From the NCBI GenBank assembly GCA_965223705.1, contig OZ245015.1:64001-128000 (forward strand): a stretch of 64,000 bases of DNA, written 5' to 3'. Shown here piece by piece: positions 1-9,168 of the stretch. Position numbers and translations under genes: made by a program. Every line of letters begins with the position of its first letter. Positions within the stretch are counted from its first letter, which is position 1. Below the pieces are notes generated by a model. It saw nothing but the letters and a program-made list of their open reading frames with translations, did no database searches and had not been told where the DNA came from. The DNA is from Myxococcota bacterium (GTDB lineage Bacteria > Myxococcota_A > UBA9160 > UBA6930).

Positions 1-367
1 ACAAGTGGACGGGCGCTTCGTGCATGTGGTCTGCGAGGTAGATCGCCGCGCGTTGCATTTTTCGCCGCGCCTCGGGAAACGCCGGGTCGCGCGCCAACTC
101 GACGGCCGGCGCGATGTAGCGGTGGAAGACCTCGCGGTAGCGCGAGCCGATCCACGCACGCTGCTCGGTGTCGGTCACGGCGATAAACCGCCACGGTTGC
201 CGGTTGCCGCCGCTCGGCGCGAACGACCCCGCCTCGCAGACCTTGCGGATCAGCGCGGGGGGGACAGGGTCGGGACGCAGACGGCGAATGGCGCGTGCCG
301 TGCGAATTCCTTCGAGGAGCGGCACGTCTTCGCCGAGGGTATCGATGTCGAGTGAGTCGACGGCGAT
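1..367 (-). CDS. Nitroreductase family protein (3' end runs off window; start uncertain: ATC 367, GTG 325 or GTG 385)
   Basis: Manual minus-strand translation: LLEGIRTARAIRRLRPDPVPPALIRKVCEAGSFAPSGGNRQPWRFIAV, matching nitroreductase R-x-I-R and APS-x-x-N-x-QPW motifs; not in ORF track. Confidence 0.85.
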   Translation of the reverse strand, partial: MAVDSLDIDTLGEDVPLLEGIRTARAIRRLRPDPVPPALIRKVCEAGSFAPSGGNRQPWRFIAVTDTEQRAWIGSRYREVFHRYIAPAVELARDPAFPEARRKMQRAAIYLADHMHEAPVHL

Positions 368-371
368 CGGA

Positions 372-1235
372 TCAGCCTCCTTCACCGACCGAGCGGATCA
401 ACCCCTCTTGAGCCACCGAAGCGACGAGCGTCCCGTCCTCCGTGAAGAGCTCGCCGCGCGTGAAGCCCCGCGCGCCGCCGCTCCGCGGACTCACCTGGGA
501 ATAGAGCAACCACTCGTCGGCGCGGAACGCGTCGTGGAACCAAATGGCATGGTCGAGACTCGCCATCATGAAGTTTTCGCTCGACCACGAAATGCCGTGA
601 GGGAGCAGGGCCGTATCGAGCAGCGTCATATCCGATGCGTACGCCACGACGCACTGGTGCAGCTCGGGGTGATCGGGCAGGCGTCCGTCCGCGCGGAGCC
701 AAACACAACGTTCCGGCGAGGCGGGTTCCGTCGACGTGATGCCCAAGGGCCCGATGTGGCGCACGTCGATCGGCCGGTCGCGCTCCCAGATTTTTCGCCA
801 CTCCGCGGGTATCTGATCGCGCATTTCGGCGATTCGCTCGCGCCACGTGGGCAACGTCTCGGGGCCGGGAACGTCGGGCATACGGCTTTGGTGGCTCACC
901 CCCGCTTCCGGAACGTGAAACGACGCGGACAAATGAAAGATTGCGCGACCGTGTTGGAGGGCCGAAACGCGTCGCGTGGCGAACGACCGACCGTCGCGGA
1001 TGCGGTCGACTTGGTAGACGATCGGCACCTTGGGATCGCCGGGCAACAGAAAATACGCGTGGAGCGAATGCACCGAGCCGCGCTCGACCGTACGGCATGC
1101 AGCGACCAGCGCTTGACCGGCCACCTGACCGCCGAACACGCGCTGGCGGTCCTCGTCGGGACTGTTGCCGCGAAAGAGGTTCACCTCGAGCGCCTCGAGG
1201 TCGAGAATGTCGATCAGCTCGTCGAGCGGTTTCAA
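372..1235 (-). CDS. tesB: Acyl-CoA thioesterase II
   Basis: VFGGQVAGQAL, SLHAYFL, RDGRSF, YASD, ASLDHAIWFH, QEGLIR motifs. Confidence 0.93.
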   Translation of the reverse strand: MKPLDELIDILDLEALEVNLFRGNSPDEDRQRVFGGQVAGQALVAACRTVERGSVHSLHAYFLLPGDPKVPIVYQVDRIRDGRSFATRRVSALQHGRAIFHLSASFHVPEAGVSHQSRMPDVPGPETLPTWRERIAEMRDQIPAEWRKIWERDRPIDVRHIGPLGITSTEPASPERCVWLRADGRLPDHPELHQCVVAYASDMTLLDTALLPHGISWSSENFMMASLDHAIWFHDAFRADEWLLYSQVSPRSGGARGFTRGELFTEDGTLVASVAQEGLIRSVGEGG

Positions 1236-1236
1236 T

Positions 1237-1659
1237 TCAACGGACCTTCGTTTCGCCGAGTTTCAGCACGTGATCGAACTCTTCCCTCGTGACGGGCTGC
1301 ACCGAGAGTCGCGCCTGACGGACGAGCGCCATATCGCGCAGCTTCGCGTCTGCCTTCACCGCGGCGAGGGTGACGGGCACACGAAGCGGTTTCACCGGAG
1401 CGACATCGACCACGACCCAGCGATCGTCGTCGCTCGTGGGATCGGGGTAGGACTCTCGGGTCACCTTCGCGATGCCGACGACCTCCTTTCCCTCGTTCGA
1501 GTGGTAGTAGAGGAGGAGATCGCCCTTTTTCATCGCGGCGAGGTTGTTGCGGGCGCCGTAGTTTCGGACGCCGTCCCAATAGGTCGACCCGTCTTTCACG
1601 AGATCGTCCCAGGAGTACTTGAAGGGTTCGGACTTGACGAGCCAGTAGCTGCGAGCCAT
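1237..1659 (-). CDS. EVE domain protein
   Basis: YWLVKSEP..YSWDDL..WDGVRNYGARN..YHSN..RLSVQPV signature. Confidence 0.93.
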   Translation of the reverse strand: MARSYWLVKSEPFKYSWDDLVKDGSTYWDGVRNYGARNNLAAMKKGDLLLYYHSNEGKEVVGIAKVTRESYPDPTSDDDRWVVVDVAPVKPLRVPVTLAAVKADAKLRDMALVRQARLSVQPVTREEFDHVLKLGETKVR

Positions 1660-1676
1660 ATCGTGAGTGTAGCGAC

Positions 1677-2576
1677 ATGACAGAAGCGAACAGCGACCGA
1701 ATCATCGGACATACACAGATCCTCATGGCTCCCGACGGCGGCAAGTACCCGGCGGGCAACTCGCTGTGGGTTCGCGGTAGCGCCGAGTCGATCTTGATCG
1801 ACCCGGCGCTCCCTCTCGGCGCCCGGAACAAACGGCCCGAGGGTGTCGACCGCATCCTCCACAGCCATTGCCACGAGGATCATTTCGCGGGCACGCACTT
1901 GTATCCCGACGCGGCGTGGTACTACCACGAGGCGGATCTACCGGCGAGCCGCTCCCTCGACGCACTGATCGAGCTTTACGGATACGACGACGACATCGAG
2001 GTCGCGTGGCGAAAGCGCCTGGTCGAAGAGTTTAACTTCGTCCCCTGCGAAGACCCCGTGCCGTTTCGAGACGGTGACGTGTTCGTGCTCGGCGGATGCG
2101 AAGTTCACGTCATCCACTTGCCGGGGCACACGCGCGGACACTGCGTGTTTCACATCCTTCCAGACGACATTTTGTTCCTCGGTGATATCGACCTTTCGAG
2201 CTTCGGACCGTACTACGGCGATACGTGGTCCGATCTGGAAGATTTTGAACGCAGCATTACTCGGGTTCGCGACATCAAAGCCACGCACTACGCGACCTTT
2301 CACCACATCGGGCTCGTCGATCGCGAAACTTTCGTGAGCCGCCTCGATCGCTTTTCGGGAAAAATTGCGAGCCGCGAAGAAGCGCTACTCGCGTTCCTGT
2401 CCGAGCCGCACGATCTCGCGGAGATCGTCGAGCACCATTTCGTCTACCGCCCGGGAGATTCGGGCTTGTTTCTCGATTCCGTGGAGCGCCGCAGCATGGA
2501 ACTCCACCTCGAGCGCCTGCAGCGCGCCGGTCGGGTACGAGAAGTCGAGGCGGGCCGTTACCTCGCGACCGGCTGA
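1677..2576 (+). CDS. MBL-fold metallo-hydrolase
   Basis: HSHCHEDH, LPGHTRGH, FLGD metal-binding motifs. Confidence 0.88.
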   Translation: MTEANSDRIIGHTQILMAPDGGKYPAGNSLWVRGSAESILIDPALPLGARNKRPEGVDRILHSHCHEDHFAGTHLYPDAAWYYHEADLPASRSLDALIELYGYDDDIEVAWRKRLVEEFNFVPCEDPVPFRDGDVFVLGGCEVHVIHLPGHTRGHCVFHILPDDILFLGDIDLSSFGPYYGDTWSDLEDFERSITRVRDIKATHYATFHHIGLVDRETFVSRLDRFSGKIASREEALLAFLSEPHDLAEIVEHHFVYRPGDSGLFLDSVERRSMELHLERLQRAGRVREVEAGRYLATG

Positions 2577-2610
2577 CCTATGGTAGTTTTCCATCCCCGA
2601 AGGAGAAGCT

Positions 2611-2802
2611 ATGAAGATCGTTGTCGACTACGACTTGTGTGAGGCGAACGCCATCTGCATGGATCTCGCGCCCGAGATCTTCAAGGTCGATGACAACGAC
2701 GAGCTCCAGCTGCTCGCGGAAAACCCGCCCGAGAGCCTGCGTGCGAAGGCCGAAGAAGCGGTGCGCCTGTGCCCGCGGCAAGCGATCTCGATCGAGGAAT
2801 AG
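2611..2802 (+). CDS. Single-cluster (probably 3Fe-4S) ferredoxin
   Basis: CEANAIC...APEIF...CP; 63 aa; SD AAGGAG upstream. Confidence 0.9.
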   Translation: MKIVVDYDLCEANAICMDLAPEIFKVDDNDELQLLAENPPESLRAKAEEAVRLCPRQAISIEE

Positions 2803-2810
2803 ACGGCGAC

Positions 2811-3212
2811 CTATCGCGGCTCGCGATCGAGCTTCAGCGCCAGCGAATTAATGCAGTAGCGGAGCCCCGTCGGCGGCGGGCCGTCCGGAAAAACGTGCCC
2901 CAGGTGCGCTCCGCACGCGCCGCATTTCACCTCGGTCCGGATCATCCCGTGGCTTTGATCCGTGTGCTCCTCCACGTCGGCGCCGACGGCTGGCTGCGAA
3001 AAGCTCGGCCAGCCGGTACCGGAATCGAACTTCGCGAGCGACTCGAACAACGGTGTCTCGCACGCCACGCATCGATACGTGCCGGTGTCTTTGCAGTCGT
3101 GATACTCGCCTGAAAACGGCGGCTCGGTCGCGGAGCGAAAACAGACGTCGAACTGTTCGGGAGAGAGCTTTTCGCGCCAACGTTCTTCGGGTTGCTCTTT
3201 CGTGCGGCTCAT
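2811..3212 (-). CDS. msrB: Peptide-methionine (R)-S-oxide reductase
   Basis: [11 protein letters not shown], two Cxx[17 protein letters not shown]. Confidence 0.96.
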   Translation of the reverse strand: MSRTKEQPEERWREKLSPEQFDVCFRSATEPPFSGEYHDCKDTGTYRCVACETPLFESLAKFDSGTGWPSFSQPAVGADVEEHTDQSHGMIRTEVKCGACGAHLGHVFPDGPPPTGLRYCINSLALKLDREPR

Positions 3213-3225
3213 CTTTTCCTCCGGG

Positions 3226-3597
3226 TTACTGACAGGCGCGCATCGCGGAGCCGATCAGCATCAAGATCGCGGTGACAATCCAAACGGCGCTCCGGCCTGC
3301 GCTCGGCCGAAACTCTTCGTCGTCGCTGCCCTCGATCGGCGGACCGGGGCCGACTTCGACGATGGGAACGGCCCGCCCGACTCGCCGCCCACAGTGCACG
3401 CATTGTTTCGTGCCGGGTGCGAACGACGTGTCGCAGTGATGACAGCGAACCTCATAGGGGTTCGGCGGTGGTGCGAGCTTCTGGGCGATGGCCTCGGGCA
3501 CGCCTCCCTCACTCGGCGTATCGACGCCACCCCTTCCCGCACCTTCGATCGGGCGACGGCGGCGTCTTCGAATGCGCTCGCGCGGCAGCATGGCCAT
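3226..3597 (-). CDS. Hypothetical zinc-ribbon protein with C-terminal TM helix
   Basis: CHHC..x10..CVHCG, hydrophobic C-terminus. Confidence 0.6.
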   Translation of the reverse strand: MAMLPRERIRRRRRRPIEGAGRGGVDTPSEGGVPEAIAQKLAPPPNPYEVRCHHCDTSFAPGTKQCVHCGRRVGRAVPIVEVGPGPPIEGSDDEEFRPSAGRSAVWIVTAILMLIGSAMRACQ

Positions 3598-3698
3598 GGC
3601 GACAAGATACCGAGGACGCGCGACGAACGCCTACCACCGGGCCTGTCGGCGCTCGGCCCGTGGAACTATCCTCAAGCGTTCGACGATCAGGAGAGAAC

Positions 3699-4607
3699 AT
3701 GACCGGAATTCAATCCGCGGGCTGTGGCGCAATCGGCGGGACCGAGAAACGGGCGCGCTTGGCTGCGCGTCTGCGCAACCGAGAGTTCACCGTAGCACCC
3801 GGAATCTTCGAGATGATCTCCGCCCGTGTAGCTGACACCTTTGGCTTCGAGTGCCTGTACATGACGGGGTACGGAACCGTGGCGTCGTATCTGGGCCTCC
3901 CCGATGCGGGCCTGGGCTCCTTCTCCGACATGGTCAATCGCGCGGGGTCGATGGCCGACGCGACGCGAGCCCCACTCATCGCCGACGGCGATACCGGCTA
4001 CGGCGGACTCTTGAACGTGCGCCACACCGTGCGGGGCTACGAAACCGCGGGGGTCGCGGGAATTCAGCTCGAAGACCAAGAGTTCCCGAAGAAGTGCGGT
4101 CACACCCCCGGACGTCGGGTGATCCCTTTCGACGACGCGGTCCGAAAAATCGAAGTCGCCGCCGATGCGCGACGCGATGACAACATGTTGATCGTCGCTC
4201 GAACCGATTCTCGAACCTCGCTCGGTCTCGACGAAGCGATCCGCCGCGGCCAGGCCTTTCAACAAGCGGGCGCGGACGTCGTCTTCATCGAGAGTCCCGA
4301 AACCCCCGACGAGTTCCGGCGAATCGGACAGGAGATCGACGCGCCGCTGCTCGCGAACATGGTCGAGGGCGGGCGCTCCCCGGTTCTGTCGAAAGAAGAT
4401 CTCGTCGACATGGGATTTACGATCGCGATCTATCCCGGAACGGGTTTTTGCGCCGCCGCCGAGGCCCTGCGCAGAAGCTATGCCCATATTCATGCGAAGG
4501 GCACCAGCCTGGGCTCCGACGTGCCGCTCTACGACATCGGCGACATGCACGGGCTGATGGGCTTTGACGAAGTGTGGGAGTTCGAAAAACGCTGGGCCGA
4601 GGATTAG
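3699..4607 (+). CDS. Isocitrate lyase/PEP mutase family C-C lyase (2,3-dimethylmalate/methylisocitrate lyase-like)
   Basis: DGDTGYGG, EDQEFPKKCGH, ARTD; ATG 3699 after GGAG. Confidence 0.9.
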   Translation: MTGIQSAGCGAIGGTEKRARLAARLRNREFTVAPGIFEMISARVADTFGFECLYMTGYGTVASYLGLPDAGLGSFSDMVNRAGSMADATRAPLIADGDTGYGGLLNVRHTVRGYETAGVAGIQLEDQEFPKKCGHTPGRRVIPFDDAVRKIEVAADARRDDNMLIVARTDSRTSLGLDEAIRRGQAFQQAGADVVFIESPETPDEFRRIGQEIDAPLLANMVEGGRSPVLSKEDLVDMGFTIAIYPGTGFCAAAEALRRSYAHIHAKGTSLGSDVPLYDIGDMHGLMGFDEVWEFEKRWAED

Positions 4608-6016
4608 TGGGCCAGCTCTTCTTCGACAAGGTCTGGGATCTCCACAAGGTGCTCGATCTCGGGGACGGCTTCGATCTCGTTCACGTCGATCGCCACATGA
4701 TGCACGAGCTCACCGGCAGCGGCGGTTTCGAGTTTCTCGAGCGAGGCGCGCATCGCTTCCGAAATCCGAAGCTGACGTTCGGGACGCCGGACCACGTCGT
4801 GTCGACGGGAAAAGGGCGCCACGACGACTCGCTTCCCGAATTCTCGAACATGATCTCGGGTTTCCGAAAAAACGCGAACCAATACGGGTTCACGTTCTTC
4901 GATCTCAACGACACGCGGCAGGGCATCGTCCATGTCGTCGCTCCGGAACAGGGGATTGCGCTGCCGGGAACGACGCTTGTCTGCGGCGACAGTCACACCT
5001 GCACGATCGGCGGCGTCGGAGCCGTCGCCTGGGGCGTCGGAACCAGCGACGTGCTCCACGTCCTGGCCACGCAGACCCTCGTGCAGCGTCGCCCCGAAAC
5101 CATGCGCGTCCGCTTTGATGGAGAGGCCGCTTCCGGTGTCTCGGCAAAAGACCTGATCCTCTACCTGATCGGCCGACTCGGTGCGGCCGCCGGAGACGGC
5201 TACGCCGTCGAATACGCGGGCACCGCCGTCGAAGCGCTCTCGGTCGAAGCGCGTCTCACGCTCTGCAATCTCTCCATCGAACTCGGAGCGCGCATGGGTT
5301 TCGTCGCACCGGACGAGATGACCTACGCGTACCTCGAAGGGCGTCCTTTCGCGCCCCAGGGTGCACGGTGGGAGCAGGCACTCGCCCACTGGCAGACGCT
5401 CCCGAGCGACCCGGACGCCCGGGCGGATCGCGAAGTACGGCTCGACGCGGAAGAGGTCCGTCCGCAAATCACGTGGGGAACGAGTCCCGAGCACGTGGTC
5501 GCCGTCGACGAGAACATCCCCAATCCGGCCGCTGCGGACTCCGCGACCCAGCGCACCGCGGAAGAGCGTGCCCTCGAATACATGGGCCTCGATGCGGGCC
5601 GACCGATCGCCGGCACGCCGATCGATGTCGTCTTCATCGGCTCGTGCACGAACAGCCGTTACTCCGACTTGGAGCTCGCGGCGGAAGTCGTCCGCGACCG
5701 CAAAGTGGCCGCCGGCGTTCGCGCGCTCGTGGTCCCGGGCTCGGGGGAAGTGAAGCGAGCTGCCGAAGCCTCGGGTGTCGCAGAAATTCTGCAAAGTGCC
5801 GGTTTTGAATGGCGCGAGCCCGGTTGCTCGATGTGCGTCGGTCTCAACAAGGATCTCGTCGATCCGGGGAAACGCTCGGTATCGACGTCGAACCGAAATT
5901 TCGAAGGGCGCCAAGGCCCGGGGGCCCGCACGCACCTGGCGAGCCCCGCGACGGCCGCCGCCAGCGCCATCGAAGGAGCGATTTGCTGCGCCGCCGATCT
6001 GGGCGCCCGCGCATGA
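4607..6016 (+). CDS. leuC: LeuC-like (aconitase family) hydratase/isomerase large subunit
   Basis: HE, PDH, QGIVHVV, CGDSHT, FIGSCTNSR, GCSMC, STSNRNFEGRQG; GTG overlaps upstream TAG. Confidence 0.9.
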   Translation: MGQLFFDKVWDLHKVLDLGDGFDLVHVDRHMMHELTGSGGFEFLERGAHRFRNPKLTFGTPDHVVSTGKGRHDDSLPEFSNMISGFRKNANQYGFTFFDLNDTRQGIVHVVAPEQGIALPGTTLVCGDSHTCTIGGVGAVAWGVGTSDVLHVLATQTLVQRRPETMRVRFDGEAASGVSAKDLILYLIGRLGAAAGDGYAVEYAGTAVEALSVEARLTLCNLSIELGARMGFVAPDEMTYAYLEGRPFAPQGARWEQALAHWQTLPSDPDARADREVRLDAEEVRPQITWGTSPEHVVAVDENIPNPAAADSATQRTAEERALEYMGLDAGRPIAGTPIDVVFIGSCTNSRYSDLELAAEVVRDRKVAAGVRALVVPGSGEVKRAAEASGVAEILQSAGFEWREPGCSMCVGLNKDLVDPGKRSVSTSNRNFEGRQGPGARTHLASPATAAASAIEGAICCAADLGARA

Positions 6017-6627
6017 AGCCCTTTCGGCGCGAATCGGGCGTCGCGGTGGCCCTTCACCGCAGCAACGTCGACACGGACGCCATCATCCCGATCGAATTTT
6101 GCGTCAACCGCAGCCGTCCTCACTTCGGAGAGGGGCTTTTTCATCGCTGGCGCTTTTCAGCGGACGGCGAACCGATCGAGTTCCCCTTGAACGAAGAGCG
6201 CCACCGAGACCCGGTGTTTCTCGTGGCGGGGGAGAACTTCGGTTGCGGCAGCTCCCGCGAGATGGCGGTCTGGGCCCTGGCCGATTTCGGGTTCCGTTGT
6301 GTGATCGCGCCGAGCTTCGGCGAGATCTTCTTCAACAATTGTTTCAACAACGGTGTCTTACCCGTCCGGCTGGACCGGGACGCGGCCCTGTCGCTCTTGA
6401 ACGAGCTCGCCCAGGCGGAGGCGCCGCGCTTGACCGTCGACCTCGAGGTGTGTTCTATCGTCACGAGCGATGGCCGAGAGTTCGCGTTCGACATCAATGC
6501 ACTGCGCCGCCAGGCACTGCTCGACGGGCTCGACCCCGTCGAAGCGACCCTCACCCGAGCCGAAGCCATCGACGATTTTCAGCGCCGGGATCGCGAAGCG
6601 CGACCCTGGATCTACCGAGAGGATTGA
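6013..6627 (+). CDS. leuD: LeuD-like small subunit
   Basis: NVDTDAIIP, ENFGCGSSRE, APSFGEIFFNN; ATGA overlap. Confidence 0.9.
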   Translation: MKPFRRESGVAVALHRSNVDTDAIIPIEFCVNRSRPHFGEGLFHRWRFSADGEPIEFPLNEERHRDPVFLVAGENFGCGSSREMAVWALADFGFRCVIAPSFGEIFFNNCFNNGVLPVRLDRDAALSLLNELAQAEAPRLTVDLEVCSIVTSDGREFAFDINALRRQALLDGLDPVEATLTRAEAIDDFQRRDREARPWIYRED

Positions 6628-6628
6628 G

Positions 6629-8377
6629 ATGAACTACCGCACTGTCGCCCAGATCACCGCTCTTTGTATCGCGCTTCTCTTCAGCGCGACGGCCTCACAC
6701 GCCGAAAGCGGAGAAGCCATCGTCAAGAGCGGGCACTGGAAAGCGGAACAACCGGTCGGCGGCGGTCTGCCGCCCGTCAGCTCCGAAGCGCTGGCCGCAA
6801 CCCCGAGAAACGGATCGGAGTGGCTCCACTTCGGCGGCGATCTCCGCGGCCTCCGGCACAGCCCACTTACGAGCTTGACGCCCGAAAGCGCGAAGAAGCT
6901 CGAGATCGCCTGGGCCTTCCAGACAGGGGTCCCCGGGCAGCTCGAGGCGAACCCCATCATCTACGACGGCGTCATGTACACGACCTCTTCCCACAACCGG
7001 TTGTTCGCACTCGATCCGACGACCGGCGAGGTGCTCTGGCGCTACGACCACCCGCGCCCCGAGGGCCGACTCCTCTGCTGCGGTCCCGCGAACCGTGGCG
7101 TCGCCATCTCCGGCGACGCCATCTTGATGGGTACGCTCGACGCCCGCCTCGTCGCCCTGCATCGGCGCACGGGGGAGATCCTGTGGAATACCGAAGTGGC
7201 CCCGTTCGAAGACGGCTACAGCGTCACTTCGGCACCGTTCATCGTGAACGGGATCGCCGTCATGGGTGTCGGAGGCGCCGAGTACGGCGTCCGCGGTTTC
7301 TTCGACGGCTACGACGTCAAGACCGGAAAGCGCGTCTGGCGTCACTACACCGTGCCCGCCGCCGGAGAACCCGGAGCGGAGACATGGGCCGGGAACTCCA
7401 ACGAGAAAGGCGGGGGTTCGAGTTGGGCCACCGGCGTCTACGACGCGGAGCTCGATACGCTGTACGTCGCTGTGGGGAACCCCGCACCGGACTGGAACGG
7501 CGACGTCCGCGCCGGCGACAACCTCTACACCGATTCGCTCCTCGCCATCGACCCGAAGACCGGCGAGCGCAAATGGTATTTCCAGTTCACGCCGCACGAT
7601 GTCTGGGACTACGACGGGAACTCGGAACTCTGGTTGGTCGACTTGACGATCGAGGGTCAACCGGTGAAAGCCATCGCCCAGGCGAACCGCAACGGTTACC
7701 TCTACATCATCGATCGCACGAACGGAGCGTTCGTCCGAGCGACGGCCTACGTCGATCAGATCAACTGGGCGACGATCGACGACAAAGGCCGCCCCGTCGT
7801 CAACCCGAAGATGGTTCCGGTAGATCCTGGGCAGACGCCCCCGCGCATCTGCCCGGGAATCGCGGGTGGCAACAACGCGGCCTACGCGGGCTCGGTGAAT
7901 CCCTCGAACAACGTCGCGTTTGTCACGGTCATCGAAAGCTGCACGGAGCTCACGAAATCGAGCCCGGTGTGGGTGAAGGGCGTGCCCTTTTTCGGTGGCG
8001 TGTTCGAATTCCCCGACGCGACGGACGGCTCCGCTTACGGACACGTTTCGGCTATCGATCTCGACACGGGCGAAACCGTCTGGAAGCACCGTGAGGACTA
8101 CCCGATGATGGCGGGCTCGCTTTCCACCGAGGGCGGTGTCGTCTTCACCGGCACGTCCTCGGGTGACGCCCTAGCGCTTGACGCCGCAACGGGCGAGGTG
8201 GTGTGGCGGTTCCCGATGGGCTCCGGCGTTCGCAGTCATCCCGTGGCTTACGAAATCGACGGAACGACCTACGTCGCCATCGGCTCGGGCGGTGGAGGAC
8301 TCGTACAAACCTTGGTGGGCGAACCGGACAGCCTGCCTTACGGCAGTACGCTTTTCGTGTTCCGCGTTTCGAAGTGA
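6629..8377 (+). CDS. Exported PQQ-dependent alcohol dehydrogenase (type I, candidate lanthanide-dependent)
   Basis: Signal peptide; vicinal CC (LLCCGPANRG); GAEYGVRG; GNPAPDW; HDVWDYDG; ANRNG; Trp-docking beta-propeller repeats. Confidence 0.9.
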   Translation: MNYRTVAQITALCIALLFSATASHAESGEAIVKSGHWKAEQPVGGGLPPVSSEALAATPRNGSEWLHFGGDLRGLRHSPLTSLTPESAKKLEIAWAFQTGVPGQLEANPIIYDGVMYTTSSHNRLFALDPTTGEVLWRYDHPRPEGRLLCCGPANRGVAISGDAILMGTLDARLVALHRRTGEILWNTEVAPFEDGYSVTSAPFIVNGIAVMGVGGAEYGVRGFFDGYDVKTGKRVWRHYTVPAAGEPGAETWAGNSNEKGGGSSWATGVYDAELDTLYVAVGNPAPDWNGDVRAGDNLYTDSLLAIDPKTGERKWYFQFTPHDVWDYDGNSELWLVDLTIEGQPVKAIAQANRNGYLYIIDRTNGAFVRATAYVDQINWATIDDKGRPVVNPKMVPVDPGQTPPRICPGIAGGNNAAYAGSVNPSNNVAFVTVIESCTELTKSSPVWVKGVPFFGGVFEFPDATDGSAYGHVSAIDLDTGETVWKHREDYPMMAGSLSTEGGVVFTGTSSGDALALDAATGEVVWRFPMGSGVRSHPVAYEIDGTTYVAIGSGGGGLVQTLVGEPDSLPYGSTLFVFRVSK

Positions 8378-9168
8378 GGCAGGTCCGGGCGAGCGTCCTT
8401 CTGTCGGTGCTCCTCGCGGTGGGCGCGAACGCCGACGGGCTCAGACTCTGCGCGCTTGAGAACGATGCGCCGCGAGCCGTCCGAGAGACGGACCGCGGAA
8501 TCGACCTCGATGTGCTGCGCGAACTGGCCGATGCGACGGGGAAGACACTCGAGGTGGTCTGGGTCCCGAACCCGATCCAGATTCTCGAGATCGAAGACAG
8601 CGATCTTCCCCTCGGCCGGTTGGTACGGGGCGACTGCGACGTCGTCGCTTCGGTCCCCGGGGAAGAATCCCTCGCCCACTTCGCGAATCGCACTTCGCTG
8701 ACAAAGCCCTACTACGGCCTGGCGTTCGAGCTCGTCGGAGCGGGCGATCTTCCGGATCGCGCGGAGCGCCTCGGCCAAACGCGAACCGCCGTTCAACTCC
8801 AAACCTTCGCGCACCAGGCGCTCGAGCAATTGGGCGTCCCGTGGCACGCAGCGACCAGCACAGAAGCGGCGCTCGGCGTGCTCGATCGCGGCGACGTGGC
8901 GGCGGCTCTGGTTTGGGGCCCGGATCTCGGACCGCTCGGTCGGACGCCTCGCGCGGGCTTCGTCCCTTCCCCGGCGCTGCGATGGAACGCCCACCTCGCG
9001 ATGCGACGCGACGATCCCCGGCTTCCCGCGCTCGACGCTGCGCTCTCGGCACTCGCGAGTTCGGGAAAGATCGAGGCTTTACTCGGAGCGCACGGCATTC
9101 CTTACCGAGCGCCGTTCTCGTCCGTGTCGAATCCCGTGGCGCGGCGAAAACTACGTATCGCGCCCTAG
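8374..9168 (+). CDS. XoxJ/MxaJ-like periplasmic substrate-binding-fold protein
   Basis: Signal peptide, LRLCA, G.CDVV, TKPYY, AALVWGP; GTGA overlap with PQQ gene. Confidence 0.72.
   Translation: MRQVRASVLLSVLLAVGANADGLRLCALENDAPRAVRETDRGIDLDVLRELADATGKTLEVVWVPNPIQILEIEDSDLPLGRLVRGDCDVVASVPGEESLAHFANRTSLTKPYYGLAFELVGAGDLPDRAERLGQTRTAVQLQTFAHQALEQLGVPWHAATSTEAALGVLDRGDVAAALVWGPDLGPLGRTPRAGFVPSPALRWNAHLAMRRDDPRLPALDAALSALASSGKIEALLGAHGIPYRAPFSSVSNPVARRKLRIAP

Noticed and set aside
4607..6627. Standard leucine biosynthesis operon
   Set aside because: No leuA/leuB adjacent; the dehydrogenase at 17308 has IDH-type substrate motifs. The leuC/leuD symbols denote family only
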